Both the position numbers and the translations under genes were made by a program. This document shows positions 14,669 through 26,780 of a stretch of DNA of 64,000 nt, piece by piece (position 1 is the first letter of the stretch; each line of letters opens with the position of its first letter). Source of the stretch: Eledone cirrhosa (lineage: Eukaryota); the NCBI GenBank assembly GCA_964016885.1, contig OZ024743.1:273296001-273360000 (forward strand). The letters are read 5' to 3'. Under the pieces are notes generated by a model. The model did no database searches. It saw only the letters and a program-made list of their open reading frames with translations, and had not been told where the DNA came from.

Positions 14669-15410
14669 CTAGTATTAGCAGTATTAGTAGTAGTAGTTAT
14701 AGTAGAAGTAGTACCAGTAGTAGTAGCAAAAATAATTATATTATACTCCCCTTTGTAATTTTGTTTTCCTATTAGTTAAAATCGCGGTAAAACATTCTGC
14801 AGCATATTCCTAAATTCTGCCAAGTATATTTATATCAGATTCTCTCTCTCACCCCCCCTCTCTCTCTCTCTATAGTACTCAGGTAGTATTAAATAAGATA
14901 TGGCTGTATGCAATATGCTGATTGTTTATATAAAATGAACATATCAGAGGTTTTGACTCTCAAAGGGAAAATATGTTCATTATGAAAATGTTATCTTTCT
15001 CTCTTCCTGTGTGAAGATGTCACGGCTATCTCAGTAGCCTATAGGCATGTAGGACAGCTAATTCACGATTCATTAATCACTCATCAGTGACATTCACCCA
15101 ACTGGTACTGAGATAAAAATGACTAGAGCATATGTAGAATTTGCCTATTCAACATTTGCAGGGATGCTCATTTGCATGTAGCAGATAGAAAACATCAGCT
15201 GTAAATTCTTATTTGCATAAAGGGTGAATTTGGCTAGTTATAATTACTTGATAGTAATACTCAAGTAGCATTACGCATAGTAGGTGTGTAAATGCAACAC
15301 AATGCTATTTGATTATATAACAATGACACATGTTAGCTTTGCTATACAAATACAATAAACATATGTTCACTGAGCAAAAGTGAGAACATATTTTTTCATA
15401 CGCACCTAAT

Positions 15411-15860
<450 letters not shown>

Positions 15861-15875
15861 ATATATATATATATA

Positions 15876-16225
15876 TAAAGAGAAAAGATGAAATCGAAAA
15901 TGTAACTGGAGTCTTATTTTAAAAAATATATATATTTATTTGGTTCCTTTACCGGTTTCGCAGTTCTTCTGCTTTTCAAAAGTAGAGTCAAGATGGAGGG
16001 TCTGTGGTTTTTCTCACATCTGATGTGAGAAAAACCACAGAACCTCCATCTCAACTCTACTTTTGAAAAGCAGAAGAACTGCGAAAACGGTAACGGAACC
16101 AAATAAATATATATATTTAAAAAAAAATAAACTCCAGTTGTATTTTCGATTTCATCTTTTTTTCTTTATGCTTTCACTCGTGTAGGACACCTCGATTATA
16201 TTCATTTTGTAAAATAAACCCTCAC

Positions 16226-16231
<6 letters not shown>
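15876..16231. mobile_element. Fold-back element 2: ~146-bp arms centred at 16021 plus ~60-bp tail, with variant hammerhead-like motif
   Basis: Inverted arms 15876-16020 / 16022-16169; minus-strand motif CTTT-TGAAAA-GCAG-AAGAA-CTGC-GAAA-CCGG-TA-AAGG; flanked by (TA)n. Confidence 0.8.
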
Positions 16232-16299
<68 letters not shown>

Positions 16300-16301
<2 letters not shown>

Positions 16302-16570
16302 GAGAACACATTATCGTTATAGCTAGTCCGGTTAGAGGTTGTGAGTACTCTGTATTGTGGATAGTTTTAACTTACGGTGTTGTTTGACTCAACAAAAGGT
16401 TTCCTTAGTAAGGTAGCGAGTTCGCGAGAATTCCTATTCAGGTTAACCTTGGAGTAATAATAGTGAAAGAGTGAAGAATAACATGGTCAACAGTACAAAA
16501 AGCGTTTTATTTACAGTAAATAAAACCCTTTTTGTACTGTTGACCATGTTATTATTCACTCTTTCACTAT
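16300..16570. repeat. Fold-back element 3: 55-bp arms centred at 16515 plus ~160-bp left tail
   Basis: 16460-16514 vs 16516-16570 are inverted; (TA)n on both sides. Confidence 0.8.
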
Positions 16571-16619
16571 ATATATATATATATATATGTATATTGCATA
16601 TATATCCCTTGGAATAATG

Positions 16620-17330
16620 CTTCGAATAAGCATCCTTATCTGAACCCCAATAGTAGGGCATTCGTATTGGGACTTCAAGGCAAAAGAAAGCAGTCCACTG
16701 ATCTTTTCATTCTGTAGAATCTTCCACAACAAATCCTTTGTATTGCGATGCCTATTTGATGTCTACGAAAAAAACATTCACCTCTTTGCAAAACTCCCAT
16801 GATTTCTCGAAGGTTTGCTGGATCGTGAATATTTGGCAAGTTGTGCTACGTCCGGGAGTAAAAATCAATGTTCGGCATCTAGCTTGGATTCAATAGATTC
16901 CACGCATCCCTTTGCCAGGCACTTAGCAGATACATTACCAGGGAAGCTTGTCAAGGATAATTCTCTTGTCTCCCTTTTAGAACATTATGATTACCAATCG
17001 CTTTGGTGCTGTTTTGGAGATTCAGGCGGTTCGACACTCTTGAGTCAGCAGAGGATTTCTTCCATATTTAAAGTTTTTAACATCTCGGTCCTTGCCACAT
17101 CTGAGCGGTTAATTGTTTCGTTGATCTCAACGTGCGAGCGGTTACTCTTTGTTCCTAAATGCACTTTATGTACATAAAAAACAAACGTTGTGACTGAATT
17201 TAGGAGATCAGCAAAGTATCCTCTCCACCTCACGTAGATGCACCGTTCTTCAGATTGAAGAATCCTAGAGGTATTATGACAGCTGACGTAATTGGAGATT
17301 TCGTATTACAAATTCGACGCATGATCAACA
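16620..17330 (-). mobile_element. Degraded RTE-clade RT fragment
   Basis: RWRGYFADLLN, PGRSTTCQIFTIQQTFEKSWEF, FFVDIK; interrupted by stops. Confidence 0.7.
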
Positions 17331-17667
17331 ATACCCATTTATATGATAACTCTTTGCCTTGTTTTGAAAATCATTCTATTACATTGTCCACATTCTCCAG
17401 CAATAACAATATGTGACGAAAATTACTTGAGATACCATACATCTCTGGATACAATGCATGTAAATAAAACCTTTTTGTACTCTTTCACTATATTGCAATG
17501 CATTCTTATTACGTATTCTCTATAGTATCTAGCTTGGATTACAGATACCTAATTTAATCAGAGTTTTACAAAGTCTGCTCTCATCTCCAGCCAACATATT
17601 TAATATCTTCGACTTATACATAACATCAAATGATGTCGTTCCGCCCCAAGTCAAACCTATTATATAT

Positions 17668-18367
17668 ATATGAATAAATTTAATCCTTCATCAGTGATCT
17701 TTCAGCCGTCATTGGTATTTCTTCGCTTTAAAGACCATATACCTCTGGTTGGTGCGAGCAACGGCTAAAAAAATTTGTTGGGACACGTAAATAGGGGGAA
17801 CGAGTGAGACAGTAAACAAACAAAGATGGTATGCAACGAAAAGTGAAGAAGAAAGAGTCAAGTCCCTGAAATCGATGAACATAAGTTCTGTGAAATCGTA
17901 GACGAGAGAGAATAAAGACCATCCGAGCTGGTCGAAATGTGAGTGAGGAAAGAATTTCGCACAGGTCAAATGGGATCACAGAACTTATGTGCATCGAGTT
18001 CAGGGACTTGACTCCTTCCTCCCGTTTGATCTGTGCGAAATTCTTTCCTCATTCAAATTTCGACCAGGTCGGATGGCCTTCATTCTCTCTCGTCTGCGAT
18101 TTCACAGAACTTATGTTCATCGATTTCAGGGACTTGACTCCTTCTTCCTCACTTTTTGTTGCATTACCATCTTTGTTTGTTTACTGTCTCGCTAGTTCCC
18201 CCTATTTACGTGTCTCAACGACTTTTTTTAGCCGTTGCTCGCACCAACCAGAGGTATATGGTCTTTAAAGCGATGAAATACCAATGAAGGCTGGAAGATC
18301 ACTGATGAAGGACTAAATTTATTCATATGTAAACCATTTGCAACCACGCACCACGCCATGTGTTCGT

Positions 18368-18375
<8 letters not shown>
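17668..18375. repeat. Fold-back element 4: ~308-bp diverged arms, 44-bp spacer, ~47-bp tail
   Basis: 17668-17975 vs 18020-18328 are inverted; the spacer is a direct copy of 18102-18145; (TA)n on both sides. Confidence 0.85.
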
Positions 18376-18442
<67 letters not shown>

Positions 18443-18977
18443 ATATATATATACATATTAAATTAGAGATTTTTGCCCGTAATAAATTTGTCTTCTCATA
18501 ATTTAGATATAGAGTATCTAGGGGTATATAATCTTAATCCTGTTGTCGTTCACATTTTAAGACGTTAATGATGATATACGTTACATTCCGTTTTTATTTC
18601 CTGTATCCACGCATACTCTGTTGTTATATTATCTGTTATACCAAGATTGATGTGTGCACCCAAGCGTGTAATCACTCTAATCAGAATATTTAAATGGATA
18701 TTTGCCCTATATAAACATCAAAACTAAATAATCGTACAATTTTGAATGTGTCATACCATATTTTTAACGAGAAATCCAGAAATTACAGAAGGGAATGACA
18801 CATCAGCATCCATGTATTACATGTTTTCTTTGTAACTCATTTGTTTCGGAATACTTTTAATGTTACTATACACTAAAACCCCTGCAAAGCTAGCAAAAGG
18901 CCCAGATCGGGTGTAATATGTAGGCTAGGTTTCAATACCACAGTAGTTGTTTCAGTAATCGGTATGTATTATATGTA

Positions 18978-19311
18978 AAGACCCCATTCGGTCACGAATG
19001 ACCATGGGATTTGCCCCTAGACAGTTCTCCTCAAAGGCGGAAGTCTCGGCAAGGTTGTTTGTGGAATACCAGTAATCGCCCATGCATACCAGCGTCCCCT
19101 CTCCACGCCACCGTTGTTGTGCAAGGGAAAGGCAATGGCCTATACAGCTTGGCACTAGTGACGTCGCAACTCCTTTCTATAACTGAATAAACTGGAGCAA
19201 CGTGAAATCAAGTGTCTTGCTGAAGGACACAACGCATCACCCGGTCTGAGAATCGAACTCACAACCTCCCGATTGCAAGTCCAATGCTCTTACCCCTAAG
19301 CCATGCGCCTT
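18978..19311 (-). mobile_element. tRNA-derived SINE
   Basis: Head GGCGCATGGCTTAG..GGTAAGA (A box) and GAGTTCGATTC (B box), followed by a TGTGTCCTT.AGCAAGACACT core. Confidence 0.75.
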
Positions 19312-20779
19312 CATGTATTATATATAGTGTAGATATTGTACCACCATGTAAAAACATAATTAAGAACTAGAATCTGAGGCGGACAGACTAACTGAAATTC
19401 ATACACTCATGGTTACTGGTCCACCTAACCTCTCTAGTTTGGTATATTTCCTCACATTAGGTCGTATCTGATTTCTTTCAGAAATATTATATCACCTATA
19501 CACATTGATTTTACACACTCACTGCGGTTCCAATTTTTTCATCGATAAATTTCCTAGAAATTGTTTAATTATTATGATTTAACCTTTATTTGACTCCCAA
19601 CCTATAGCAGTTTCATCCTCTGCACTAAATATCAAACTCAGTGCCCTGAGATAGTATATTTATAGTAAAGGTTAAACTAATCGATTTCTCATCTTAAATT
19701 TTTATCACGAGGTCGCATTTTAAACGTTTATATTTTCATGGCTTGGTGAAAGAAAGTCCATTGATACTAGTGTGGGCGGGAGGAATAGAAAACACGTCAA
19801 ATGTATTGTTTCAGTATTTAGAAGCGATGAATATATCATGATATCGAGTTATCGTCAGACCTGTCTAGAATATTTGCCACACTCTGGACACCCCAGACGG
19901 CAGTCATAGACGAATGTATGATGTTAAGCTGGACGATAGAGATAACAGCCAAATGTACATCTAATCAAGAGGAAAAAAAATGGAATGGAAGCATCCGATA
20001 ATATAGAACTGAATAAATGCCTTCCGAGATGTTGCCGGTTGATGTGTACTTTGCTCATAGTTTAACTCAGTGCTGCATCAACTAAATTTTCAGAAATATT
20101 GTTTGGCTTAGTTTGGCTTTAAAAGGCTTTACATTACAACAGTATTGTAGTACAGTAAGGTAGTACAGTTTTGCCATGTGAGTTTTTGAATTGTTCAAAT
20201 ATACTGATAACTCTTTACCGTATTTTGAAAATCATTCTATTGCATTGTTCACACTCTCCAACAATAACAATGTGATGTGACGAAAATTATTGAGATACCA
20301 TACGGCTCTATATAATTTATCTGTGCACTTAATTTAGATATAAACTAAAAGTAGTTAGATGATAATCTATCTAAATCGATTTGTTTTTATAACAATGAGT
20401 ATATATACTTGAAGTTCTGTTGAATCTGAATAACTTCTTTACTTTTTCCTTCATTTCCTTTTAACAGATGCAGTGGTAACTTCATGAATTTGAGTCTCTC
20501 ATAATATTTTGTCATTTCTACGATCTACTAAATAACTATTTGCAAGAATGTATCTTCTTCAAATCGGTTCACTCTATTTAGTCTGATATTAATCGAAAAT
20601 CAATATTGAACGTCGGAGGTTAAATAGACCAGTTACGTCTACTGATAAAATATAAAAACATCAGTGCATCAGTGATATTTATATTGTCTTACATGAATAA
20701 GTAAGATAGCTGGGATAGGGATTCGTCGGCTATGAGATCGAAGCAGTTGATGTGTATGTTTATTATGTTTAACTCATTC

Positions 20780-21850
20780 TCAGTAGGTCGAGAACAGCCT
20801 ACAACGTGTCTGTTCATTACAGGCTTGAAGCGCTCACTATGATGGGAAACAAGAACGACTGTCAGATGAGATATACACGGTTCTGCAAGAGGTTATCAAA
20901 ACAACAGCAGAAGTTCTCGCCAAGAAACTAAAAAGTGTCAATCAGCAGTGGATTTTCCATGAGACTGAAGCAAGGTACTGAAAAGCCGACGGAGCAGTCC
21001 AGCGTGAGGCCAGTTAGTACGATGCTACGCGGCCTGCGGGAAAATGTGTGGAAGTATAAGACAGCCAACGCTATGAAAACGCGAAGCAGAAACAACGTCT
21101 TCCAGATTCTTGATTTAGAGGAACATCAATGACGAAGATGTCCGTATTCTGACTGAACTCCAGGACACCATGGGGAGATAGAAGAACAATGATAAATGTC
21201 TTTATCACGACGATGATTATTATGATAACGAAACCACTACGAATATGAGGTGAGTGTAGCCATCAGACGATGGCTAAAGTATAAACAGATGGTTATCGAT
21301 GGCATCCTAACGAAGCTGTTCAAGACAAACAAAGAAATGATGGGCCAAGTCATATGTAAGCTACTCAACAAGATCTTGGAGATTAACAAGCAACAACAGG
21401 TTGTCCTCATTCCAAACTTCCTGTGACTGCAAAATGTAATGAACATCGAACCATCGCTCTAATCAGTCAGGCCAGCAAGACATTTCTCCGAGCTATGCTA
21501 TGGGGAACATCAAGAGCATAAGGGAAAATGAATGTCAATATAATGTCCAAACAGGGACACACAATCCGTACTGATGAAGGCAGTCAATAGTGCTGTAGTT
21601 AACCTACTGAAGAAACTACAGTAGGCAGCCTGCTATAGTTAAACTAGAAGAGTATGTGGAGAAAGGGTTTAACACCCGGAAAAGTATACAGGAAGGCTTC
21701 CTCATGTCAGCCAAGTGCTTCAAAATATAATCTGAAGAGGCAATGCGACAGAATTATCTTGGATAGGAGTAACCATTGGTGGCTCGAATCTCAATATCTT
21801 TCGCTTTGCTGATGTTTCAAGGTGATAGCAACATTACCAGAGATACTAGC
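20780..21850 (+). mobile_element. Degraded RTE (BovB-like) RT fragment
   Basis: Remnants RTIALISQASK, a QEG..MS motif-B-like segment and NIFRFAD; heavily mutated. Confidence 0.6.
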
Positions 21851-22251
21851 GAACGGGTGCAGCTGGGGATTCAATGGGAGATGTGTCATGCTTGCTCATG
21901 TTCCAGCATTGATCAAACAGCGAATGTTCGTTATTCCTAATGGATTTTAACGCTAAATTATAGTAGCCAAATCATTTTAATATATCACTTCACCGTTTGA
22001 AAATAATTTCTATCACCATAGCTACAACACAGATTATATATATGTTAATAAATAATACCTTGCGGGTTAATCAAGAATAACAAATTAATTATGAAATGAG
22101 AAATGCAGGTGCAAATATATCGAATGTAATATATCACCAATAGCGAATTATCTGTACCTGAAACCCAACCATCTCTACTATAATGGCATACGAACTTCTC
22201 AAGAAGCGTGCTTCATGAAATTTCTGCATACGATCCAGTCTCTCTCCTTCT

Positions 22252-22287
<36 letters not shown>

Positions 22288-22499
22288 TATATATATATAT
22301 AGTGGTGGAACACTGGAAGGTAATAACCGTAGTGGTAGAGCACTCAGTCCAAGGGACGTGTTAAGTAGAAGTGGTTACGCCACAGTTAGTTCACCATACC
22401 GAGAACAATTGCTTCACCTTTGGTCGCTGAGGAACCTGTTTAATTTATCTCTATTTTCCAGTATTCAGGCAGGTGTTTGGCGTGCTGGGATGATTTGAT

Positions 22500-23208
22500 C
22501 CCATCTACACAATGCTGCACTTGCAGAACAAGTGAATCTGGTCGGTGAAACAATCAGCATGAGGATCAATTTCGGTTATGTTGATGAATTTACTGCTCGT
22601 TGAATTACCAAGGACGTGGTCAAGCTGATGCCAATGTTTGGAGATGGATGCTGTCAAGTTTTCTTGAGACAATCCTTTAGTTGGTACATTTTGCCAATAA
22701 TTCAGAGTAGAAAGCGTGTGCGAAATTCTAACTACATTAATCCATTGGAGTTCACATTTCCTACTCCAACTTTGCCGACTACTGCTGCCATGACTTCTAA
22801 CATTTTCCAACATGAAGATTGGAGTCATCGGTAACAACAATGGTATACCCCACCCTTTGACAATGCATTCACCAAGTTGCTCATGGAAACATTCCTTCTC
22901 AACCATTGACCGTCGCGTTGTTGGTCCATAGATACTGATGAATGTGAGATAGGAGCTGTTCTTCAGATGACCGCGAACAGTCAAGATTTTGTTAGAGACA
23001 GCAATTTCAAGCCCAGCTGTTTTGTCATCATTTCTGGTTCAAAAGATAGTATGAATCTTCTCTTTGGTTTTACCTCACTCAAGGCGCAAATTTAATAACT
23101 CCCTTCTCTATCTAACTGCAGATAATAGCTGTAGCATTCTCAGGGCTGACATAATTTGTATCGCCGTTAGTATTCCGAACATCCCAAGCTGCTTGGTTAA
23201 GAGATTGC

Positions 23209-23210
<2 letters not shown>
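22500..23210 (-). mobile_element. Degraded RTE-clade AP-endonuclease fragment
   Basis: AAWDVRNT, FISIYGPT, KHWHQLDHVL, DCFTD motifs. Confidence 0.7.
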
Positions 23211-23258
<48 letters not shown>

Positions 23259-23499
23259 AGCTCTATTGTTTATTGAAATTGAATGTTCATCGGTTACTCT
23301 GAAAGTGGTAGATCTATATGTAAGTAGCTCACTTTTCACCACTGCCATATGACATTGCGGCCTTGGCTTGCTTCTGTAAATAAATATATATATATATATT
23401 TTCTGTATATATGTAAGAAATATAGTGGTTTCTTAACTTGATATATGAATATGTCAAGAATTTATATGCGTATATTTATATTTATAAGTATATATACAA

Positions 23500-23531
<32 letters not shown>

Positions 23532-23534
<3 letters not shown>

Positions 23535-24076
23535 AGGGTGTTAAAGTTTGCTTGAAGCATTGTGAAATGAGTAAAATACGTAGTTTAGAAAGCCACAACA
23601 ATGCAGAGGGAAATCTCGAGGTAGGAAGTGAATGATAGATAGGAGAAATAGGAGAAAGTGAGAATTGAGAGAGACAAAGATGAAAACAAAACAAAGGTAG
23701 AAGGGTTACCGTAGTGGAGATTTAATCCCAATATTTCGGGCTCACGCCCATCAACGGGGGAAAGTTCCAAAAGGGGGGGAACAGGCTAAGCCGGAGAAAG
23801 TTGTGATGTCGTTAAAACAGGAATGCCGTTTTAACGACGTAACAACTTTCTCCGGCTTAGCCTCTTCCCCCCTTTTGGAACTTTCCCCCGTTGATGGGCG
23901 TGAGCCCGAAATATTGGGATTAAATCTCCACTACGGTAACCCTTCTACCTTTGTTTTGTTTTCATCTTTGTCTCTCTCAATTCTCACTTTCTCCTATTTC
24001 TCCTATCTATCATTCACTTCCTACCTCGAGATTTCCCTCTGCATTGTTGTGGCTTTCTAAACTACGTATTTTTTTA
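23532..24076. mobile_element. Fold-back element 5: ~245-bp near-identical arms, 9-bp spacer, ~40-bp left tail, variant hammerhead-like motif
   Basis: 23573-23818 vs 23828-24072 are inverted; motif TCCC-CCGTTGA-T-GGGC-GTGA-GCCC-GAAA-TATT-GGGA at 23884-23919; flanked by (TA)n. Confidence 0.85.
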
Positions 24077-24090
24077 ATATATATATATAT

Positions 24091-24150
24091 ACCCAAGGGC
24101 GGTGCCCCAGCATGGCCTCAGCCGGATGGCTGAAACAGGTAAAAGAGTGA
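24091..24150 (+). mobile_element. Short SINE/LINE 3'-tail fragment
   Basis: GGCGGTGCCCCAGCATGGCC...GCTGAAAC..GTAAAAGA lying between TA runs; recognised by resemblance only. Confidence 0.35.
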
Positions 24151-24161
24151 ATATATATATA

Positions 24162-26780
24162 TTAGGTATAGGATTATCCAAGATGTAGTGATGGTTAATT
24201 ACTACACTGGATATGGTTGACGAACGGTAAGAGGTTACTCTACGAGTTATGGAAGAATTGTTCAAGAAACTTAGTTCCTGGTCCTTCAGTATTCCGGAGT
24301 GTATATAAAGAATGAATAATAACAGGTAGACATCATAAAAAGGTAATTTATTCCGTGTGCTTACAAGTGTTTCCAGGGTGGTACTGCAGCCTAGTTCCGC
24401 TACGTGCAAATTCACAAGTATTTGCAGAACTCGAATATCCAATGCTGTGACCACTGTTTCCTCAGAGCAGAATGGTAAATGTACAATGTAAAAACCCTTA
24501 AGTGGGATTGTTGGGGAAGATAGAGTGGAACAGGAAGAGAGAAAAGTAGGGAAGAAGGAGAGAGAAGGAAAGATATGCAGGGATTGGAGAAGTAGGAGAG
24601 AGTGGCTTGTAGATATCTTAATCAAAATGTTATGGTAGGGGTTTTATTAGTTACTTTTGGAGAGATGCGTAGATAGTTGAGGTCGGAATTATTTATTGCC
24701 CCAGAGGGCAGGTTCATAGATGTTGAGAGGGAGGTAGGTCAAAGGTGAGAGAGAGAGAGTGTAATGGATGTAGATAGAGATATATAGGTAGTGAGGGGAC
24801 AGATAAAGTATATGTGGTGAGTGAACTTTTGGTTTTGTAGTAGTAATCTAGGAATTGTACTGAGTTACCATGTATAGTGATAAGTAGTGTATTGTCTTGT
24901 AGTGTGGGGGGGGGAGAAGGTTGTTAGCTAGAAAGTGGTGTTGTAGTTACGGGTTCGAATGTTAAGTTATTTTATAGTGAGAGAATTTAGCTTTTAGTTT
25001 GTGGTTGCAGTATAATGATCGTTCAATTCTATCGTTAAGTAGTTTGTTTTTGGATTTTAGTATGTAAAATAGCTGAAGGTTACATAACCTGCAGTACTTC
25101 GATCCACTCCGATATGCATTTGCGCTGGAAAGTATATCCCATTTTAAGGTGAACTGTTGGTTGTGTTCACGGAGTTGCCAGGTCTTGTTGGCGAGCGTGG
25201 TCACAAAACGGTGATTCGGATGTTTGATTGAGAATCGATGACGGTACCAGCGAGATTTAAACGATGTGGTGGTAGATCCGATATAATACCATTTCTGGTC
25301 GTTCGATTCAACCGTGCATTGGTAAACAATGTTGGACTTTAGGCATTCATTCTGCAATGGACATCTTTCAGGTAGATGGCAGTTACATTCTTTGTTGTGG
25401 GTAGCGGGTATACCATGGATAGGTTGTGATAGCGGTACAGGTGGGTTGTGCAATACCCGTCTCCCATTTAGTGGTTGGGAGGCAGATATTGCGTTCTGCC
25501 CATCTGTTACTAAAATGTTTTGTTTTGTAGAGTTGTTTAATTGCCTTAAGTTAAGTTTTTTTATGTATGCTTCAAGGTTTGGTGCCGTGGAGTATGATAG
25601 TCTAATAGTTTTAGAATTCAGAATTTTGCTGTACTTATGGGAACTAGGGAAGTGTTTATTGATTAATTTAAAGAATGAAAGGGATAGTTTTGTACTAATC
25701 GAGGCATTAAAAATAGGATTATACCAGATATACTTTCTACAACGTGATTTATTTGGTGGTGATCTTCTATTATTAGTATGTCTGGTAGTACCGTGTGTGT
25801 GTGCTTGTGTTTTAGTCCCCCGGTTACGTATACCTTGATTACGTGTAGAGCTATGTGTGTTGTGGAAATTACTATCGATGTATTCTATTGTATCCCGGTG
25901 GTCAGCATTCCTTAATGCATTATTGTAGTATTCAGCATGTTCACTAAAAATATCTGAGTTAGACGATAGGCGAGAGATTCTAAGAGAAATACTCCGGCGA
26001 ACTGATTTGATCATGGAGAGTGGGTGGTTAGAGTAAAAGTCAATATACGTAAGGTTCTCATTTACCTTGTGGAAGGGTCGTATCTGTCCGGTATTTAAAT
26101 TAAGAGTTACGTCCAGAAAGTTTACTACTTTAAGATTGTATTCGTATGTTATATTTAGACCCAGTTCACTAAAATATTTTCTAATATTTTTCCGTAGCCT
26201 TTCAAGATTTTGGTTATTCAAGTTATTAACTAATAAGAGATCCCGTCATCTCTATATATCCCCCCCTGTAGATTACTAAATCTACTATGTAATATGTGGG
26301 CTATGTAAATTCCCACGAGATCCGTGACCTCCGCCGAGTCGTTGGAACCCATGGTAATATCGAAATTTGTGGGTCTGTCCTTACGTTCCCAGTAGCAGTT
26401 ATCGAACTTAATAATGGTTTTTCTAGCCTCGAGAATAATATTAATTTCGTCCTCTGTTAGGTCGGAATTGGCCTTAGCAAACGATAGGGCCTTACGTAAA
26501 GTGCTTGGTGAGATGGAAGAGTAGTATTCGTCTATGTCAAATTGTATAAACTTAGATTTATTCTTATTCTTAACATTATTAAACCAGCGAATTGCTTCGC
26601 TAGTGTTGCCCCATAATTTAATTTCAATTTTCTTTTTCACTTGAGTTATTACTCTGTCAAGTATATGTTTACTAATTTTCCCTATGTCTGATTTAGAAGG
26701 GCATATAAGTCTAATCTTGGGGTTAGAGTCAAAATTTACCTTATGGTCCTTCAGGTTGAAGGTGGGGGTAGCGGGTATAA
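24162..26780 (-). mobile_element. Penelope-like element, left (inverted) arm: 5'-truncated RT + GIY-YIG, 3' UTR and extra ~140-bp tail
   Basis: ORFs 26230-26640 and 24962-26221: FDIDEYY, TMGS, IYRDDG, FLDVTL, CNC..CPL...C, IVYQC..YYIGST...R, CRLC. Confidence 0.93.

Noticed and set aside
15876-16169. Long hairpins as miRNA precursors or MITEs
   Set aside because: Whole-length palindromes with one-sided tails, TA tracts and hammerhead-like motifs fit PLE fold-backs better; no DNA-transposon-type termini.
18295-18330. CTGATGAAGG in fold-back 4 as a hammerhead
   Set aside because: No downstream stem II plus GAAA could be assembled.
20440-20481. Strong-looking acceptor TTTCCTTTTAACAG followed by GTAACT 8 nt later (microexon?)
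   Set aside because: Isolated signal; such motifs are common by chance in AT-rich DNA.
21565-21600. CTGATGAAGGC motif
   Set aside because: Lies inside a decayed RTE coding region; no GAAA box or closing stems.
24074-24625. 183-aa ORF and its mirror at 29244-29603
   Set aside because: Low-complexity reading of the pyrimidine-rich PLE 3' UTR, non-ATG start, no domain.
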